Shown here one piece after another: positions 1-11,996 of a DNA stretch of 64,000 nt (the first letter of the stretch is position 1; every line of letters begins with the position of its first letter). The position numbers and the translations under genes were made by a program. The stretch is taken from positions 64,001 through 128,000 of the forward strand of contig CAWJKZ010000024.1 in the NCBI GenBank assembly GCA_963843575.1, in the 5' to 3' direction. Source of the stretch: an uncultured Acidobacteriota bacterium (GTDB lineage Bacteria; Acidobacteriota; UBA6911). The notes beneath the pieces were generated by a model. The model worked only from the letters and a program-made list of their open reading frames with translations. It was not told where the DNA came from and did not search any database.

Positions 1-944
1 GCTTCCGCGGGACGGTCGAGCTGAGCGATTTCAACATTTTCGGCACGGGCCAGCGCGCCGACCTGCGGGTCCGGGGCAGCAGGATCGAGCAGGGCGCCGC
101 CCTCACTTTTCAGCAGCCGCAGATCCGGTTCCTGCCGGTGAATTCGTACTTCACGGCCTCGCTCCGCAAGAAGCGAGAGGTGAGTTTCGACGTCACCCGC
201 GGGAATCTGTCTTACCAGTACAGCCGCCCGCTCGGGGGGCACACCTGGGCCCTCCTCCGCTACAGCTACAACAACGTGCGGGTCTCCACCACGGACATCC
301 CGGCGCCGGATCGCGAGAACCAGCCGCGGAACATTTCGACGTTCTCATTCATCTATGTCAACGACACGAGGGACAATTACCTCGACCCGGAAAAGGGCTT
401 CTTTACCTCCACCGACCTGGGGCTGACCCCGAAGTGGCTCTCTCAGCGCAGCTACCTCACGCTGTACACCCAGAACGGCTATTACCGCAGGCTCGCCCGC
501 TCGCTTCTGCTGGCGGCGGGGCTGAAGATCGGGGCGGCGCGTTCGCTCGACTTCATAGCCGAGTTGCCCATCAGCGAGCGGTTCTTCGCCGGCGGTGGGG
601 CCAGCCTGCGCGGCTTCGAAACGGACCGGGCCGGTCCACTGTTTCCGGGCACGGACAAACCGCAGGGAGGGAACGCCCTGGTGGTGGGCAACCTCGAGTT
701 GCGGACCCCTTTGTGGCGGGCGATTCACGTGGCAGGGTTTTACGATTCCGGAAACGTCTTCAGCCGGGTCGGCGACATCCGGTTCGGGGCGTTCAGCCAT
801 ACCGTCGGCGCCGGGATCCGCATCAAGACGCCGTTCGGGCCGTTGCGCGCCGATTACGGGGTGAACCTGAACCTTCCATCGGCGCTCAGGCTCCAGGGGC
901 TGAGCCCACGTAACCTGTTCATAACCATCGGACCGCCGTTTTAG
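1..944 (+). CDS. Omp85/BamA-TamA family outer membrane beta-barrel protein, C-terminal part (begins before window)
   Basis: ERFFAGGGASLRGF motif, GGNA..GNLELR, G.GIRIKTPFGPLRADYG and C-terminal Phe. Confidence 0.9.
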   Translation, partial: FRGTVELSDFNIFGTGQRADLRVRGSRIEQGAALTFQQPQIRFLPVNSYFTASLRKKREVSFDVTRGNLSYQYSRPLGGHTWALLRYSYNNVRVSTTDIPAPDRENQPRNISTFSFIYVNDTRDNYLDPEKGFFTSTDLGLTPKWLSQRSYLTLYTQNGYYRRLARSLLLAAGLKIGAARSLDFIAELPISERFFAGGGASLRGFETDRAGPLFPGTDKPQGGNALVVGNLELRTPLWRAIHVAGFYDSGNVFSRVGDIRFGAFSHTVGAGIRIKTPFGPLRADYGVNLNLPSALRLQGLSPRNLFITIGPPF

Positions 945-946
945 AC

Positions 947-1623
947 ATGCGCAAAACCGCCCTGACGTTGTGCCTGATCTTTCTTGCTGCCGCCCACGGG
1001 ACGGCCCGCGCGGCGGAGGAGGTGGACCGTCTGGTGGCGGCCGTCAACGGGAGGATCATCACGGAGGCCGACCTGAAGCTCGCTGCGAACCTGAACGCAC
1101 TGCTGCTGTTCGGGCAGTCCTCCAGCCAGCCGCGCGATCGGGAAGTGCGCCGGCTTGATCGACCTGGAACTCCTCCGCCAGGAACTGGTGAATTTCCCGA
1201 TAGCGCCGGCGGATGAGAAGGGCATCGGGCAGCGCATGGACGAGTTCATGCAGGCCTATGCCGAGCTTGGTGGACTCGCGCCCCTGTTGCGCCGGCTTGG
1301 GCTGCAGCAGGAGGAACTGGAGAGCTATCTGCGACTGCAGGCGTCGATCCTGCGATTCGTCGACCTGAGGTTCCGGCCCTTCACCCCGGATCCCGAGCCG
1401 GCAGAGATCGAAGCCTACTACCGCGAGCATCTCGAGCCTGCACTGCGCGCATCGGGCGCCGCCGGTCCCGCCCGTCGCGGAAGTGTCCGCCAAGATCGCA
1501 GCCATCATCAAGGAGGAGAAGGTCAACGCCGCGCTCGACCAGTGGATCCAGGACGTGCGACGGCACTCGCGTATCGAGCTTTTCGGGGCGGACGAGAACT
1601 CCGCGGCGGAGGCGACAAAGTGA
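947..1623 (+). CDS. SurA N-terminal-like periplasmic chaperone (frameshifted near 1150 and 1480)
   Basis: Signal peptide then VDRLVAAVNGRIITEADL; continues in other frames as LIDLELLRQE and ..DQWIQDVRRHSRIE; stop TGA 1621-1623 overlaps the next GTG start. Confidence 0.7.
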
Positions 1624-4600
1624 AGCCCCGCATCCGGCTTCTGACGGCGACGGTCGGGATTCTGCTGCTGGGTGCGGCGGGGTCGCTCTTCGTGTATCTC
1701 CGCTCGGAGCGGTTCCAGCAGTGGGCGCGCGTTCAGCTGGCCGAACGGCTGGCCCGCGAAACGGGCATGGAGTGCCGCATCGATGCGTTTCGGTTCGATC
1801 TCCTTCGCGGCACGTTTTCGGTGCGCGGCTTCGGGCTTGGGCCACCTTCTCCGGCGGACGCCCCGCTGCGGGTGAGCATCGATGAGGTGCGCGGGCGCAT
1901 CCGGCTGAAGTCCGTGCTGCAGTTCAGGGTCGATCCTGGCGGAACTGACGGTGATCCGGCCAAGCGTGTCGCTGAGGGCAAACGGCGGGGAAGGCCCGTG
2001 GGACCCGGGCGAGTTTTTGCGCACCTTCAGGCAGTCGCTGGACCTGGAGGTCGGTCGGGTCGAGGTGTCGGAGGGCTGGGTCGAGCTGAACCACCGCGGC
2101 ATTCCGCTGGAGCTGCACCTCAAGGACGTCGTCTGCCAGGCCCGATACGGTGCGGACGTGGCGGGCTACCGCATGCACGTCGCCTTCCGCGACGGCCTGC
2201 TGCACTGGGCGGGGCGAGACATACGCCTACGACCTCGATGCCAGCTTTGCCGTTTCGACGAAGGGGATCGCAAGTCGACGCGATCGAAGTGGCCCATCGC
2301 GAGACACGGCTGCGGGGGACGGGTTGGCTCAGGGACTGGCAGTTCGCCTGTCGCCCTGTTCCACCTTAACGGAACGCCTGTCGGCCGTCAAACCTGTCGC
2401 TTTTTGCCGATGCGCTCGCGCCGGCCAGCGCGCAGATCGCGGGTGCTCGCCAATCTCCGGTTCGACGCACGGGGCTCCATTCCACCGGCAAGTTCACGGC
2501 CCCCTCGGGCAGCTATCGGGGCGTGCTCGTGTCGCAGCTGACCGGGTCCATGGAGCTCGCCGGATGGCGTCCTGTCCCTGCGCGACGTCCAGTGCCGTCT
2601 GCGCGGCGGGGTCCTGGACGCCAACGCCGAGATCCGGCTCCGGTCCTCCGGTCCCGAGCCGAACACCTTCGAGTACCAGGCAAAGGGTGTCGAGTTCAGG
2701 GACGGCGCCACGGCCCTGTCTTCTGCCGGGCGAGCGCCGTCGAGAACCGGGTGGATTCGAAGGGGCGGGTCGCGTGGCAGGGCCGGCGACCTCGAGGTTT
2801 CCGGAACGGCGGACGTGTACCCGGTGTCGCCCGCAGCTGGCCGCGGCGGGACGGGGGACCGAGCTGCAGGGCAGGGCGCAGTTTTCCTACCGGAACGGCG
2901 CCTGGTACCTGCCGCCCGCGAGTTTCCACTCCCCCTCCACGTCGATCGACGCGGAAGGGCGGGACGGCACGACATTTCACGTCCGGCTGGGCACGACGCG
3001 GCCGGCCGAACCCTCCTGCTGATGCGCAGCTTCGTCCCTTCGGTCGACGGCCTCTGACCGTCGCTGGCCCGACATCGTCGACATCGAAGGAAGCGTATCG
3101 GCTCGACGGGAACGTCCGCGATCGAACCCGCCGAGCACGTCGTTCACGGGCAGCGTCGGCATCGAAGCGGGCAAGTGGCGCGCGTACGATCGTCGACAGC
3201 CTGGACGCGACGCCGAGTGGGAGGCTCCGCGTCTGCAGCTGCGGTCGCTCAAACTGCGGCGGGGCAGCCGAGGAGGTCGAAGGGAACCTGGCGGCGAAAT
3301 TGTCCGGCGCGGAGAAGTCAGCGCGATTCGAGCATTGCGAGTTCGACGGGTCGGTCCGCGACTTGTCGCTCGAGTCGTTGAACAGATTCGGGTCAGGCCT
3401 CGGCGACGACGTCAAGGGGACCCTGGACGGCACGGGTTCCGTTTCGCTGCGGGAGGAGCGGTGGTCCGGGGCGGGCACGTTGTCCGTTACCGACGGCGGT
3501 TATCGCGGCGAGAGTCTTCGACGCGCTGCGCGCCAGCGCGCGCCTGGAGAACGGGATGCTCACGATCTCCGAGGGGGAAGTCTCGCGCGGTGCCGCCAAG
3601 GTGAGCGTGCACGGGCGCGTGCAGACCGATTACGGGGGACATGGACCTTTCCGCGCGCCTTTCCGACCTGTCCCTGCGCGACATTCCGGCCATTCGGGAG
3701 CAGGAAGCTGGACGTCGACGGGCTGGTCACGGCGTCGGGCAAGCTGAGTGGAACCGCCGACACCCCGGCCTTCGACGGCACCTTTCAGCTGAGCGGGCTG
3801 CGCTACGGTTCGCTGGATCTCGGCCGGGGACAAGGCACGGTGCGGCTCAAGGACCGAGCCCTCGGCGTCAGCGCCACGCGTCCGCTCGGAGTTCGGAGGC
3901 TTCGTTGCCGAAGCGGCCCTTTCCACGGACGGCGGGTTCCCCGGCAAGGCCGTGCTCAACTTCACCGACTGGAATATCCAGCGTTTGATCGCGGCCCAGA
4001 CCCCCCCCTTCCTCAGCGAATTGAGCACGGCCCTGCAGGGGCGGATCGAGGTCGAAGGGCGTTTCGCCGAGAGCTCGACCCTCGCCTACAAGGGCGAGCT
4101 CGACGGCGCGCGCTTCAAGATCCACGACTACGACCTGCGCAACGAGGGCAAGATCCGGTTCGCCGGGACCACGCTGAAGCTGCAGATCGGCGAGGCCCGG
4201 ATGCTCGGGGACGGCAGCGACCTCGTCCTGAGCGGGGATATTCCGCTCGACAACGGACCCGACCTCAACCTGCGGCTCAACGGCACCCTGAGCCTGACCG
4301 TCCTGGAGCGCCTCGAGAAGCGGCTGCGCCTGGCGGGTTCCACCCGCATCGACGTCCGGGCGACCGGGTCACTGCGCGAACCGCAGGTGATCGGCCAGTC
4401 GGAGTTGTTGGACGCGCGCCTCGATTACGCCGACCTGCCGTTCCGCCTGTCGGGGGTGCGCGGCAGGATGGTGTTTTCACGCAACCTGGTCCGGCTCGAG
4501 AACATCGAAGGCTCGGTGGCGACCGGCACCTTTCAGTTGTCGGGTGCGGTCGAACACGCAATCACCGAGCTGCGCGGCATCAACCTGCAGGTCGCGGTGC

Positions 4601-5544
4601 GAAAGGCCCGCCTCCCCTATCCAAAGGATTTCCGCTCCACGATAGACGCCGACCTCGCGCTGCGGGGCGGGCCGGATGCGCAGGTCCTCACCGGCGACGT
4701 CAATGTCCTCCGGTCGGACTACATGCGTGATTTCAACCTGCTGGAGCAGTTCGCCTCGCGTGGCCCGAACTCCGCCGGTCCGCTGACGACCGAACCCCTC
4801 CTCGGCGGCATGCGGCTCAATGTGTTCCTCCACTCCGAGGGAGGGCTGTTCATCGACAACGAGCTGGCCCGGTTGCGCGGGGGGATGCGACTGACCCTCC
4901 GCGGAACCCCGGCCTATCCTTCGCTGACCGGGCGCATCGAGGCTGTCGAGGGATCGGTCACTTTCCGAGGGAACCGTTTCGAGCTCATCCGGGCTGCAGC
5001 CGACTTCGTGGACCGCAACCGGATCAATCCGGTGCTGGACGTCCGTGCCGAGGCCGACGTAAAGAGCTACACCCTGATCCTGGACATGAGCGGGGACCTC
5101 GACCATCTCACGATGAACCTGAGCTCGGTCCCGGCGCTCTCGACCGTCGATATTGTGTCGCTTCTGACGACGGGCAAGTCGAGCGACCTCGAGGCGGGGA
5201 CCTCCAGGCGCCAGGCCGAGATTACCGGTTTCAACGCGGCAAGCATCCTCTCCGAGAGCCTGACCGGCGTCATCGGGAAGCGGGTCCAGCGCATCTTTGG
5301 ATTCGAGAGCTTTCGAGTCGATCCCTTCCTGGCGGGCACGGACAACGACCCGACCGCCCGGGTGACCATCACCGAGCGGATATCGCGGGATCTCGCCATC
5401 ACGTTCTCGCGCAACCTGACGACGAGCGAGGAGCAGATCGTCGTGTTGGAGTACGACGTGACGCGGAACCTCACCCTCGTGGCCACGCGCGACGAAAATG
5501 GACTGTTCGGGCTCGATCTTCGTTTTCGGAGGAGATTCAGGTGA
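1620..5544 (+). CDS. tamB: TamB/AsmA family translocation and assembly module protein (multiple frameshifts in 5' half)
   Basis: N-terminal TM anchor, beta-taco repeats spread over frames, intact C-terminal DUF490-like region in ORF 3952-5544; adjacent to Omp85 gene. Confidence 0.8.
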
Positions 5545-5664
5545 GGCCTTTCCAACGGGGCCGGACAAAAGTAGAATGGGGGTCTCCAATAGGGAAGTCG
5601 GGAAACCCGGAGCGCCGGTCAAGCGGCGCCCCAGCGTGAACGCGGTGACCAGGGCAGGTGCCGG

Positions 5665-6333
5665 ATGAAGATTCTCGTGATCGAGGACGAAGCCAAGTTG
5701 GCGAACCTTGTGAAGAAAGACCTGGAACAATCGGGTTACCAGGTGGATGTCGCAGCCGATGGACAGGCCGGGTTCACCCAGTTCCAGACGGGCGACTACG
5801 ACCTCGTGCTGCTGGACCTGATGCTCCCGGGGTTGTCCGGTTGGGACCTGATCCCGCTCATGCGCCAGGCCAAACCCGCGCTCCCGATAGTGGCGCTTAC
5901 CGCACGGGTCGCCGTCGAGGACCGCGTCCAGGGGTTGAATCTCGGGTGCGACGACTACCTGGTGAAGCCCTTTTCCTTTAAGGAGCTGGAGGCCAGGATC
6001 CAGGTGCAGCTCCGGCGCGGGACCGTGATGGGGACCGCGGAATTGCGGGCCGCCGACCTGACCCTGGACCCGCTCAAACGCAAGGTCACGCGCGCGGGCA
6101 AGAACATCGAGCTGTCGAACAAGGAGTTCGCCCTCCTGGAGTACCTGTTGCGCAACAAACACCAGGAAGTCACGCGCAACATGATCATCCAGAATGTCTG
6201 GGACGCCAGCTTCGACAAGTTCACCAACGTCGTCGACGTATACATCAATTATCTCCGCAACAAGGTGGACCGCGATTTCGAGCCGCGCCTGATCCACACG
6301 GTCCGAGGAGTCGGCTACGTGCTCCGAGATTGA
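5665..6333 (+). CDS. OmpR/CusR-type response regulator
   Basis: Receiver domain (IEDE, LDLMLPG, KPF) plus winged-helix C-terminus (VDVYINYLRNK, TVRGVGY). Confidence 0.95.
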   Translation: MKILVIEDEAKLANLVKKDLEQSGYQVDVAADGQAGFTQFQTGDYDLVLLDLMLPGLSGWDLIPLMRQAKPALPIVALTARVAVEDRVQGLNLGCDDYLVKPFSFKELEARIQVQLRRGTVMGTAELRAADLTLDPLKRKVTRAGKNIELSNKEFALLEYLLRNKHQEVTRNMIIQNVWDASFDKFTNVVDVYINYLRNKVDRDFEPRLIHTVRGVGYVLRD

Positions 6334-6336
6334 ACC

Positions 6337-7754
6337 GTGAATATCCACAGCCTCCGCTTCCGGCTGAGCTGGACCAACGGCGTCGTGCTGACGGTGGTGT
6401 TGCTCTGCGTGGGGTTCACTCGCTACGCGACGATTTCGTACCAGGTCTACAGGCATTTCGACAACGAGCTGGGGAGGGACGCGGTTTTCCTCTCCTCGCG
6501 CCTCCTGGTGACGCCGGGAACCTACGTGCTGCGCTCCGACAGTCTGTCCGCATACGACAAGGTCAACCTGCAGGAGATCCAGGCGTACTCCGTCATCACC
6601 GACGCGCAAGGCTACGTCGTACACCCGGACACGTGCAGCCGTTACGTGCGCGAGATGCTGCAGCAGAACGAGCTGACCGAGGTCCTGAAGGCGCGGTCGG
6701 GAATAGTCGAAACTACTGCGGCCGACGGTTCCAGGTTCCGCTTCGCCTCGCTTCCGGTCGGAAAGGATCCCGATTCCCCCTACGTCCTTCACGTCGGCCG
6801 CGATGCTCAGTCGGTGGACGGCGCTGCTTGCAGCAATACAGGGAGCTGTACCTACTCTCAGTCCCCGTGCTCATGGTTGTGTCCGTGGTGGTGGGCTGGT
6901 TTCTTGCCGGGCGGGCGCTCAAGCCGTTTGACGAGGTGGCGCGTGCGGTGGAGCAGATAACGTCCAAGAACCTCAACACGCCGATCCGGACCCCCTATCG
7001 GGAGGAAGAGGTTCAAAGGCTCGTCGACGCCTTCAACCACGTGGTCGCGCGCTTGGACGCGTCCTTCCGGCAGATGAGCCGCTTCAACGCCGATGTGGCG
7101 CACGAACTGCGCACCCCACTCGCCGTTCTGCAGGGTGAAACGGAGATCGCGCTGAAGTCTCCCGGGCTGCCCGAATGAGATCAAGGCGACGCTCTGCAGC
7201 AATCTCGAGGAACTCGAGCGCCTCGGCCGCATCGTGAAGGACATGCTGACGCTCGCCGAGGCGGACGCCGGCACCCAGAGTCATCGCCGAGAAGGAAATC
7301 AGGCTCGCGCCCCTGGTGTGCGACCTGGCTGAGCAGATGAGGCTCCTGGCCGCGGACCGCAGCATCGAGATCAGCGTCGACCGCGCCGGACGAGGCGGTC
7401 GTCTTGGGCGACGAACTCTGGCTACGGAGGGCGCTGCTCAACCTGCTCGACAACGCCATCAAGTACTCGAAAACCGGGGGACGGATCGATATGCAGGTGC
7501 AGTCGCTGGGCAGGGTGGTGCAGGTGACCGTGCGCGATCAGGGGATCGGTATTGCACCCGAGGACCTTCCGCGCATTTTCGACCGGCTGTATCGTTCCGA
7601 TCCCGCTCGCAGCCGCACCACCGGCGGGGCGGGTCTGGGGCTGGCCTTCGTCAAGTGGATCGTCGAGGCGCATCACGGCCGCATCGCGGTCGAGAGCGAG
7701 CTGGACAGGGGCACGCTCTTCACCATCGAATTTCCTCAAGTCCCCCTCGCCTGA
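6337..7754 (+). CDS. CusS-like HAMP sensor histidine kinase (frameshifted)
   Basis: TM1 in ORF 6337; HAMP and H-box [11 protein letters not shown] in ORF 6330; [15 protein letters not shown] and GAGLGL in ORF 7404. Confidence 0.85.
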
Positions 7755-8029
7755 CGCGTGCGACCCCGATCGGCCTGCGGTGTCTCGGCGCCATCCCGGC
7801 TCGCGATACGTCGCTCGTCCAACACACAGTCGTCCCGGGAGCGCCAAAAGCCAGAAACTTGCCATGGAAGACACTGAAGAGCACGGAAGGACTCGGCCGG
7901 ATGGGTGCCGCCGCGGACCAGCGCGGGTCGAGGCGCCGCACTTCAGATCCGAAGCATCCGAAGCACTTTGCTATTGCGCTGCGGGGGGGGTGGAGCCTAA
8001 AATACCCGTTTTGTCAGGAGGTGGGATCC

Positions 8030-8349
8030 GTGTACGCAGTCATCATGAGTGGCGGGAAGCAGTATCGCGTATCCGAGGGCGATGTCGTGCAGTTGGAGAA
8101 GCTGGGGGCTCGACTCGGGTGCGTCGGTCGAGTTCAAGGATGTCCTCCTCGTGAAGACGGACGAAAAGACCTTTATCGGCCAGCCTCTCGTCGAAGGGGC
8201 GATTGTCCAGGGGGTTGTCCAGGAGAACGGGCAGGGCGACACCGTGCTGGTGTTCAAGTACAAGAAAAAGAAGCAGTACAGGCGGACGCGCGGCCATCGC
8301 CAGCAAGTATTCGGCGGTGCGGATCGAGAAGATCAACGTGTCGGTTTAG
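8030..8349 (+). CDS. rplU: 50S ribosomal protein L21 (two apparent indels)
   Basis: [18 protein letters not shown] ... [17 protein letters not shown]; AGGAGG RBS; directly upstream of rpmA. Confidence 0.92.
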
Positions 8350-8389
8350 CCGGCACGAAACATCGATTTCAGGGTTTGAGGGTTTCAGC

Positions 8390-8647
8390 ATGGCGCACAA
8401 AAAGGGAGTTGGAAGTTCCAGAAACGGCCGCGACAGCCAGCCGAAACGGCTCGGGGTGAAGCGCTTCGGTGGCGAACTGGTGCTCGGCGGAACCATCCTG
8501 GTCCGGCAGCGCGGGACCCGCATCAAGCCGGGCCTCAATGTCGGGATCGGCAGGGACGATACGCTGTTTGCCAAGATAAGCGGCACCGTCAGCTATCAGG
8601 ACCGGGGACGGATGGGGAAGTTCGTCCATGTGGTGGCCCAGGCCTGA
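8390..8647 (+). CDS. rpmA: 50S ribosomal protein L27
   Basis: [24 protein letters not shown]. Confidence 0.98.
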   Translation: MAHKKGVGSSRNGRDSQPKRLGVKRFGGELVLGGTILVRQRGTRIKPGLNVGIGRDDTLFAKISGTVSYQDRGRMGKFVHVVAQA

Positions 8648-8675
8648 CCGTCCCCGCCCCGTTCAAGCATCGCTG

Positions 8676-8706
8676 AAAGGGACCCCGCAGAGGGGTCCTT
8701 TTTTAG
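8676..8706 (+). terminator. Rho-independent terminator after rpmA
   Basis: GGACCCC-GCAGA-GGGGTCC hairpin followed by a T-run. Confidence 0.8.
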
Positions 8707-8760
8707 TTTGCGGCGGTCCCCTGCGCGTGGCTGTGCAGGGACCGCGCCGCGGGACACGTC

Positions 8761-9768
8761 ATGTTCATTGACCGTGCGCGCATAACGGTGATCGCCGGGG
8801 ATGGCGGCAACGGGTGCCTTGCCTTCCGCCGCGAGAAGTTTGTTCCGAAGGGCGGCCCCAGTGGGGGGGACGGAGGGCGCGGCGGGGACGTTTACCTGGA
8901 GTGTTCCGACCGTGTGAACACGCTGCTGCATTTTCAGTACAAGCGGGTCTTCAAGGCGGGCCGCGGCGGGCACGGGGAAGGGTCCCGATGCCACGGGAGA
9001 GACGGCGAGGACACCGTCGTGCTCGTCCCTCCAGGGACCCAGGTGTACCGCGAGCCCGGCCACGAGCTGCTGCACGATTTTGCCGCCCCGGGCGAACGTG
9101 TGCGCGTTGCCCTCGGTGGGGGTGGCGGGCGCGGCAACGCCCGGTTTGCGACCGCGACCAACCAGGCGCCGCGGCGGTGCGAACCCGGCCGGGCTGGGGA
9201 GGAAGCGGAACTCTCGCTCAGCCTGAAGCTGATCGCCGACGTGGGTCTGGTCGGATTCCCCAATGTCGGCAAGTCGACGCTGATCTCCCGCATCAGCGCG
9301 GCTCGGCCGAAGATCGCCGACTACCCGTTTACCACGCTGGTGCCGCATCTCGGAGTTGTGTCGGCGGGCGATTTCCGCAGCTTCGTGGTCGCCGACATCC
9401 CCGGCCTCATCGAAGGTGCGCACGAAGGTCACGGGCTCGGCGACCAGTTCCTGAAGCACGTGGAACGTACCAAGGTGCTCGTGCACCTGATAGACGTCTC
9501 GCAACCGCGCGACCCGGTGGCCGATTTCAAGACGATACTGCGCGAGCTTATGCTCTTCAGCAAGGATCTCGGGGAACGTGCGCAGGTCGTCGTCGCCTCC
9601 AAAATCGATGCGCTGGACGACCGCAGAAAGATCACCCAGCTCAAAGCGATGTGCGCCCGCCGCAAGCTTCCCTTCGCGAGCATCTCGTCGGTCACGGGCC
9701 AGGGCATACCCGAGCTGGTACGGCTCCTGGCGCGCATGCTCGGGTTGGACGCGCCGACGGGCGGGTAG
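8761..9768 (+). CDS. obgE: GTPase Obg/CgtA
   Basis: Gly-rich Obg fold ([18 protein letters not shown]), [17 protein letters not shown]. Confidence 0.97.
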   Translation: MFIDRARITVIAGDGGNGCLAFRREKFVPKGGPSGGDGGRGGDVYLECSDRVNTLLHFQYKRVFKAGRGGHGEGSRCHGRDGEDTVVLVPPGTQVYREPGHELLHDFAAPGERVRVALGGGGGRGNARFATATNQAPRRCEPGRAGEEAELSLSLKLIADVGLVGFPNVGKSTLISRISAARPKIADYPFTTLVPHLGVVSAGDFRSFVVADIPGLIEGAHEGHGLGDQFLKHVERTKVLVHLIDVSQPRDPVADFKTILRELMLFSKDLGERAQVVVASKIDALDDRRKITQLKAMCARRKLPFASISSVTGQGIPELVRLLARMLGLDAPTGG

Positions 9769-9903
9769 GGTCGGGGGTGTGCTCCGGGGCCGCGTGAGAC
9801 GCTGCCATTTGGACGGAATGGGCGCCAGCCGACTTCATAAGGGTTGGCTTCGACGGCGTGTTGGGTTAGGCTCTCCCCATCGAAGAGGATGCGTTTGGCA
9901 GGA

Positions 9904-10581
9904 ATGAGAGTGGGGGTATTCGGCGGTACCTTCAACCCGATACATCTCGGGCACCTTCATGTCGCCGACCGTGTGCAGCGCCTCTTCGGTCTTGCACGTA
10001 CCCACTTCGTGGTTGCCTCGAACCCCCCGCACAAACCCGGATTGGACTTAGCCCCATTCGTGCACCGCTACGCCATGGTGAGCCTTGCGCTGTCCGGTTC
10101 GGAGCGCATGTTGCCCTCGACGATGGAACTGGAGCGGCCCCCCAGCCCGTTTTCCATCGACACCATGAGGAAGTTCGCGCGCCGCTCGCCCGGAGGGCGC
10201 CGCGGGCTGTGCTTCATTGCGGGTGGGGATTCACTTTTCGAGGTGAGCGGTTGGCGGCGCGGCGAGGAGTTGCTGGCCAGCTACAATTTTGTTTTCGTCA
10301 TGCGCCCGGGTATCGAGATCCGCGACCCCAGGAGGGTGCTCCCCGGCAGCATCGCGGGCCGGATCAGGGACCTGCGCGGCCTCGGTCCCGTCCAGGTGCG
10401 CCGGCAGTCGTCCGGTGAGGGGACCGGGAGAAACCGGATCTACCTCGTCGAAGTCGACGCCCCGGACATCTCGGCGTCGCAGGTGCGCCACCTCGCTGCC
10501 CAGGGTCGCAGCTTGAAGCGACTGCTGCCTGCGCCGGTGGCGCTCTACATAAACAAACTCCGTCTTTACGGTGAGCGATGA
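9904..10581 (+). CDS. nadD: Nicotinate-nucleotide adenylyltransferase
   Basis: GGTFNPIHLGH, ISASQVR; conserved obg-nadD-rsfS order. Confidence 0.95.
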   Translation: MRVGVFGGTFNPIHLGHLHVADRVQRLFGLARTHFVVASNPPHKPGLDLAPFVHRYAMVSLALSGSERMLPSTMELERPPSPFSIDTMRKFARRSPGGRRGLCFIAGGDSLFEVSGWRRGEELLASYNFVFVMRPGIEIRDPRRVLPGSIAGRIRDLRGLGPVQVRRQSSGEGTGRNRIYLVEVDAPDISASQVRHLAAQGRSLKRLLPAPVALYINKLRLYGER

Positions 10582-10976
10582 CAGACGCTTTGAGAATTGC
10601 GCTCAAGGCCTTGGACGACAAGAAGGGGCACGACATCACGGCCCTCGACATCTCGGCCATCGCCTCGTTTGCCAACTGTTTCCTGATCTGCACGGGCGAT
10701 TCGTCCCGGCAGATCCAGGCCCTCTCCGACGAGGTCGAGTCCCGGATGGCGGAAGGCGGTTTCAAGCCGAACCACATCGAGGGCTACCGCAACGCCGAGT
10801 GGGTCCTGATGGATTATTTCGACCTCGTGGTCCACATCTTCTCGCGCAACGCGCGCGTGTTTTACGACCTGGAGCGGCTCTGGCGCGACGGGAAGGTCCT
10901 GGATGCCGAAAAACTCCTGGCGGCGCAGCAGAAGCCGGCCTCCCCGAGGAAGTCGCCGCGCGCAAGAAAGGTCTAG
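10578..10976 (+). CDS. rsfS: Ribosome silencing factor
   Basis: DKKGHDI, WVLMDYFDLVVHIF, FYDLERLW. Confidence 0.96.
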   Translation: MTDALRIALKALDDKKGHDITALDISAIASFANCFLICTGDSSRQIQALSDEVESRMAEGGFKPNHIEGYRNAEWVLMDYFDLVVHIFSRNARVFYDLERLWRDGKVLDAEKLLAAQQKPASPRKSPRARKV

Positions 10977-11124
10977 CAGGGCCGTGACGCGGGAATGGAC
11001 GTCGTCGGGCTGGGAAGCCGGCAATCCACCGGCCACGGATCCGCCGCTTTCCCCGCCCGTTGAATTGACCTCCTCGTTCTAGTAAAATCTCGTCCTTCGC
11101 TGGGGTTCCTCGGGGACCCGGAAC

Positions 11125-11595
11125 ATGCGCGTCAAGCTGATCTGGGTTGGAAAAACACGGAACCCAACTATTCGGGCGCTGCAGGAGGAGTACCTGGCTC
11201 GGTTGCGCCACCTGACCCCCTGCGAGGTCATGGAGACTCGGGACATCTCGAGAGGCCGGGCCGTCGATGGGGCCAAACTGCTGGCCGCCGAGGCCGCGGA
11301 AATCGGGAAGCTGCTGCAACAGGGCAGCCGCGTCGTTGTATTGGATGAAAAGGGGGAGCAGTTTACCTCTCCCGATTTCGCGCGCTGGTTGGAGAACGAG
11401 CAGAACCAGGGCACCCGGGAATTGGCCTTCGTGATCGGGGGGCCGGACGGGTTAAGCCCGGTCGTCGCCAGCCGGGCCGTATTGCGGCTGGCTCTGGGCC
11501 GGATGACATGGACGCATGAGATGTGCCGGGTGCTCCTGCTCGAACAGCTGTACCGGGCTTGGTGTATCCAGCGGAACATTCCGTATCACAGATAG
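11125..11595 (+). CDS. rlmH: 23S rRNA (pseudouridine1915-N3) methyltransferase
   Basis: FVIGGPDG, HEMCRVLLLEQLYRA, PYHR. Confidence 0.96.
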   Translation: MRVKLIWVGKTRNPTIRALQEEYLARLRHLTPCEVMETRDISRGRAVDGAKLLAAEAAEIGKLLQQGSRVVVLDEKGEQFTSPDFARWLENEQNQGTRELAFVIGGPDGLSPVVASRAVLRLALGRMTWTHEMCRVLLLEQLYRAWCIQRNIPYHR

Positions 11596-11615
11596 GCACA
11601 GTGGAGACACGGGGA

Positions 11616-11972
11616 ATGGATGCAAAGCGGTTGGATTATTTCAAGGAGAAGCTCATCCAGAAGCAACTCTCCCTGCGCGACATGGTCCAGCGGACGGAAG
11701 GCTACGAGCGCGAGAAGGAGCCTGACATCCAGGACGTGGCGGACATGGCCGTCGAGTCCTACACCAAGGAATTCAATTTCGGAAAGAGCTCCGGCGACCG
11801 GTATGTCCTCCAGATGATCCGGGAGGCGTTGGATCGCATCGAAGACGCCTCCTACGGCATCTGCGTGCACTGTGAAAACCCTATTCAACCCAAGCGGCTC
11901 GAGGCCGTGCCCTGGACCCGCCACTGCATTCAGTGTCAGGCGCTGCTCGAGAAGGGAAAGCTGGAGAACTGA
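11616..11972 (+). CDS. DksA/TraR C4 zinc-finger RNAP regulator
   Basis: DVADMA coiled-coil tip, YGICVHC...RLEAVP...CIQC. Confidence 0.9.
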   Translation: MDAKRLDYFKEKLIQKQLSLRDMVQRTEGYEREKEPDIQDVADMAVESYTKEFNFGKSSGDRYVLQMIREALDRIEDASYGICVHCENPIQPKRLEAVPWTRHCIQCQALLEKGKLEN

Positions 11973-11996
11973 ACCCACCACCCCGGGGGCGTTCCG

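Noticed and set aside
7176-7178. In-frame TGA in the histidine kinase as a possible second Sec site
   Set aside because: Not a Cys position, and homology resumes in another frame, so it is an indel.
7755-8029. Possible ribosomal leader RNA upstream of rplU
   Set aside because: Only short GAAGCA-type repeats and a likely promoter are visible; no structure I can support without a covariance search.
947-8349. Many frameshifts in the SurA-like, tamB, sensor kinase and rplU genes, suggesting pseudogenes or programmed frameshifting
   Set aside because: Indels cluster at the window ends and also hit rplU and eno; no consistent slippery motif was seen. Sequencing or assembly error is the simpler explanation.
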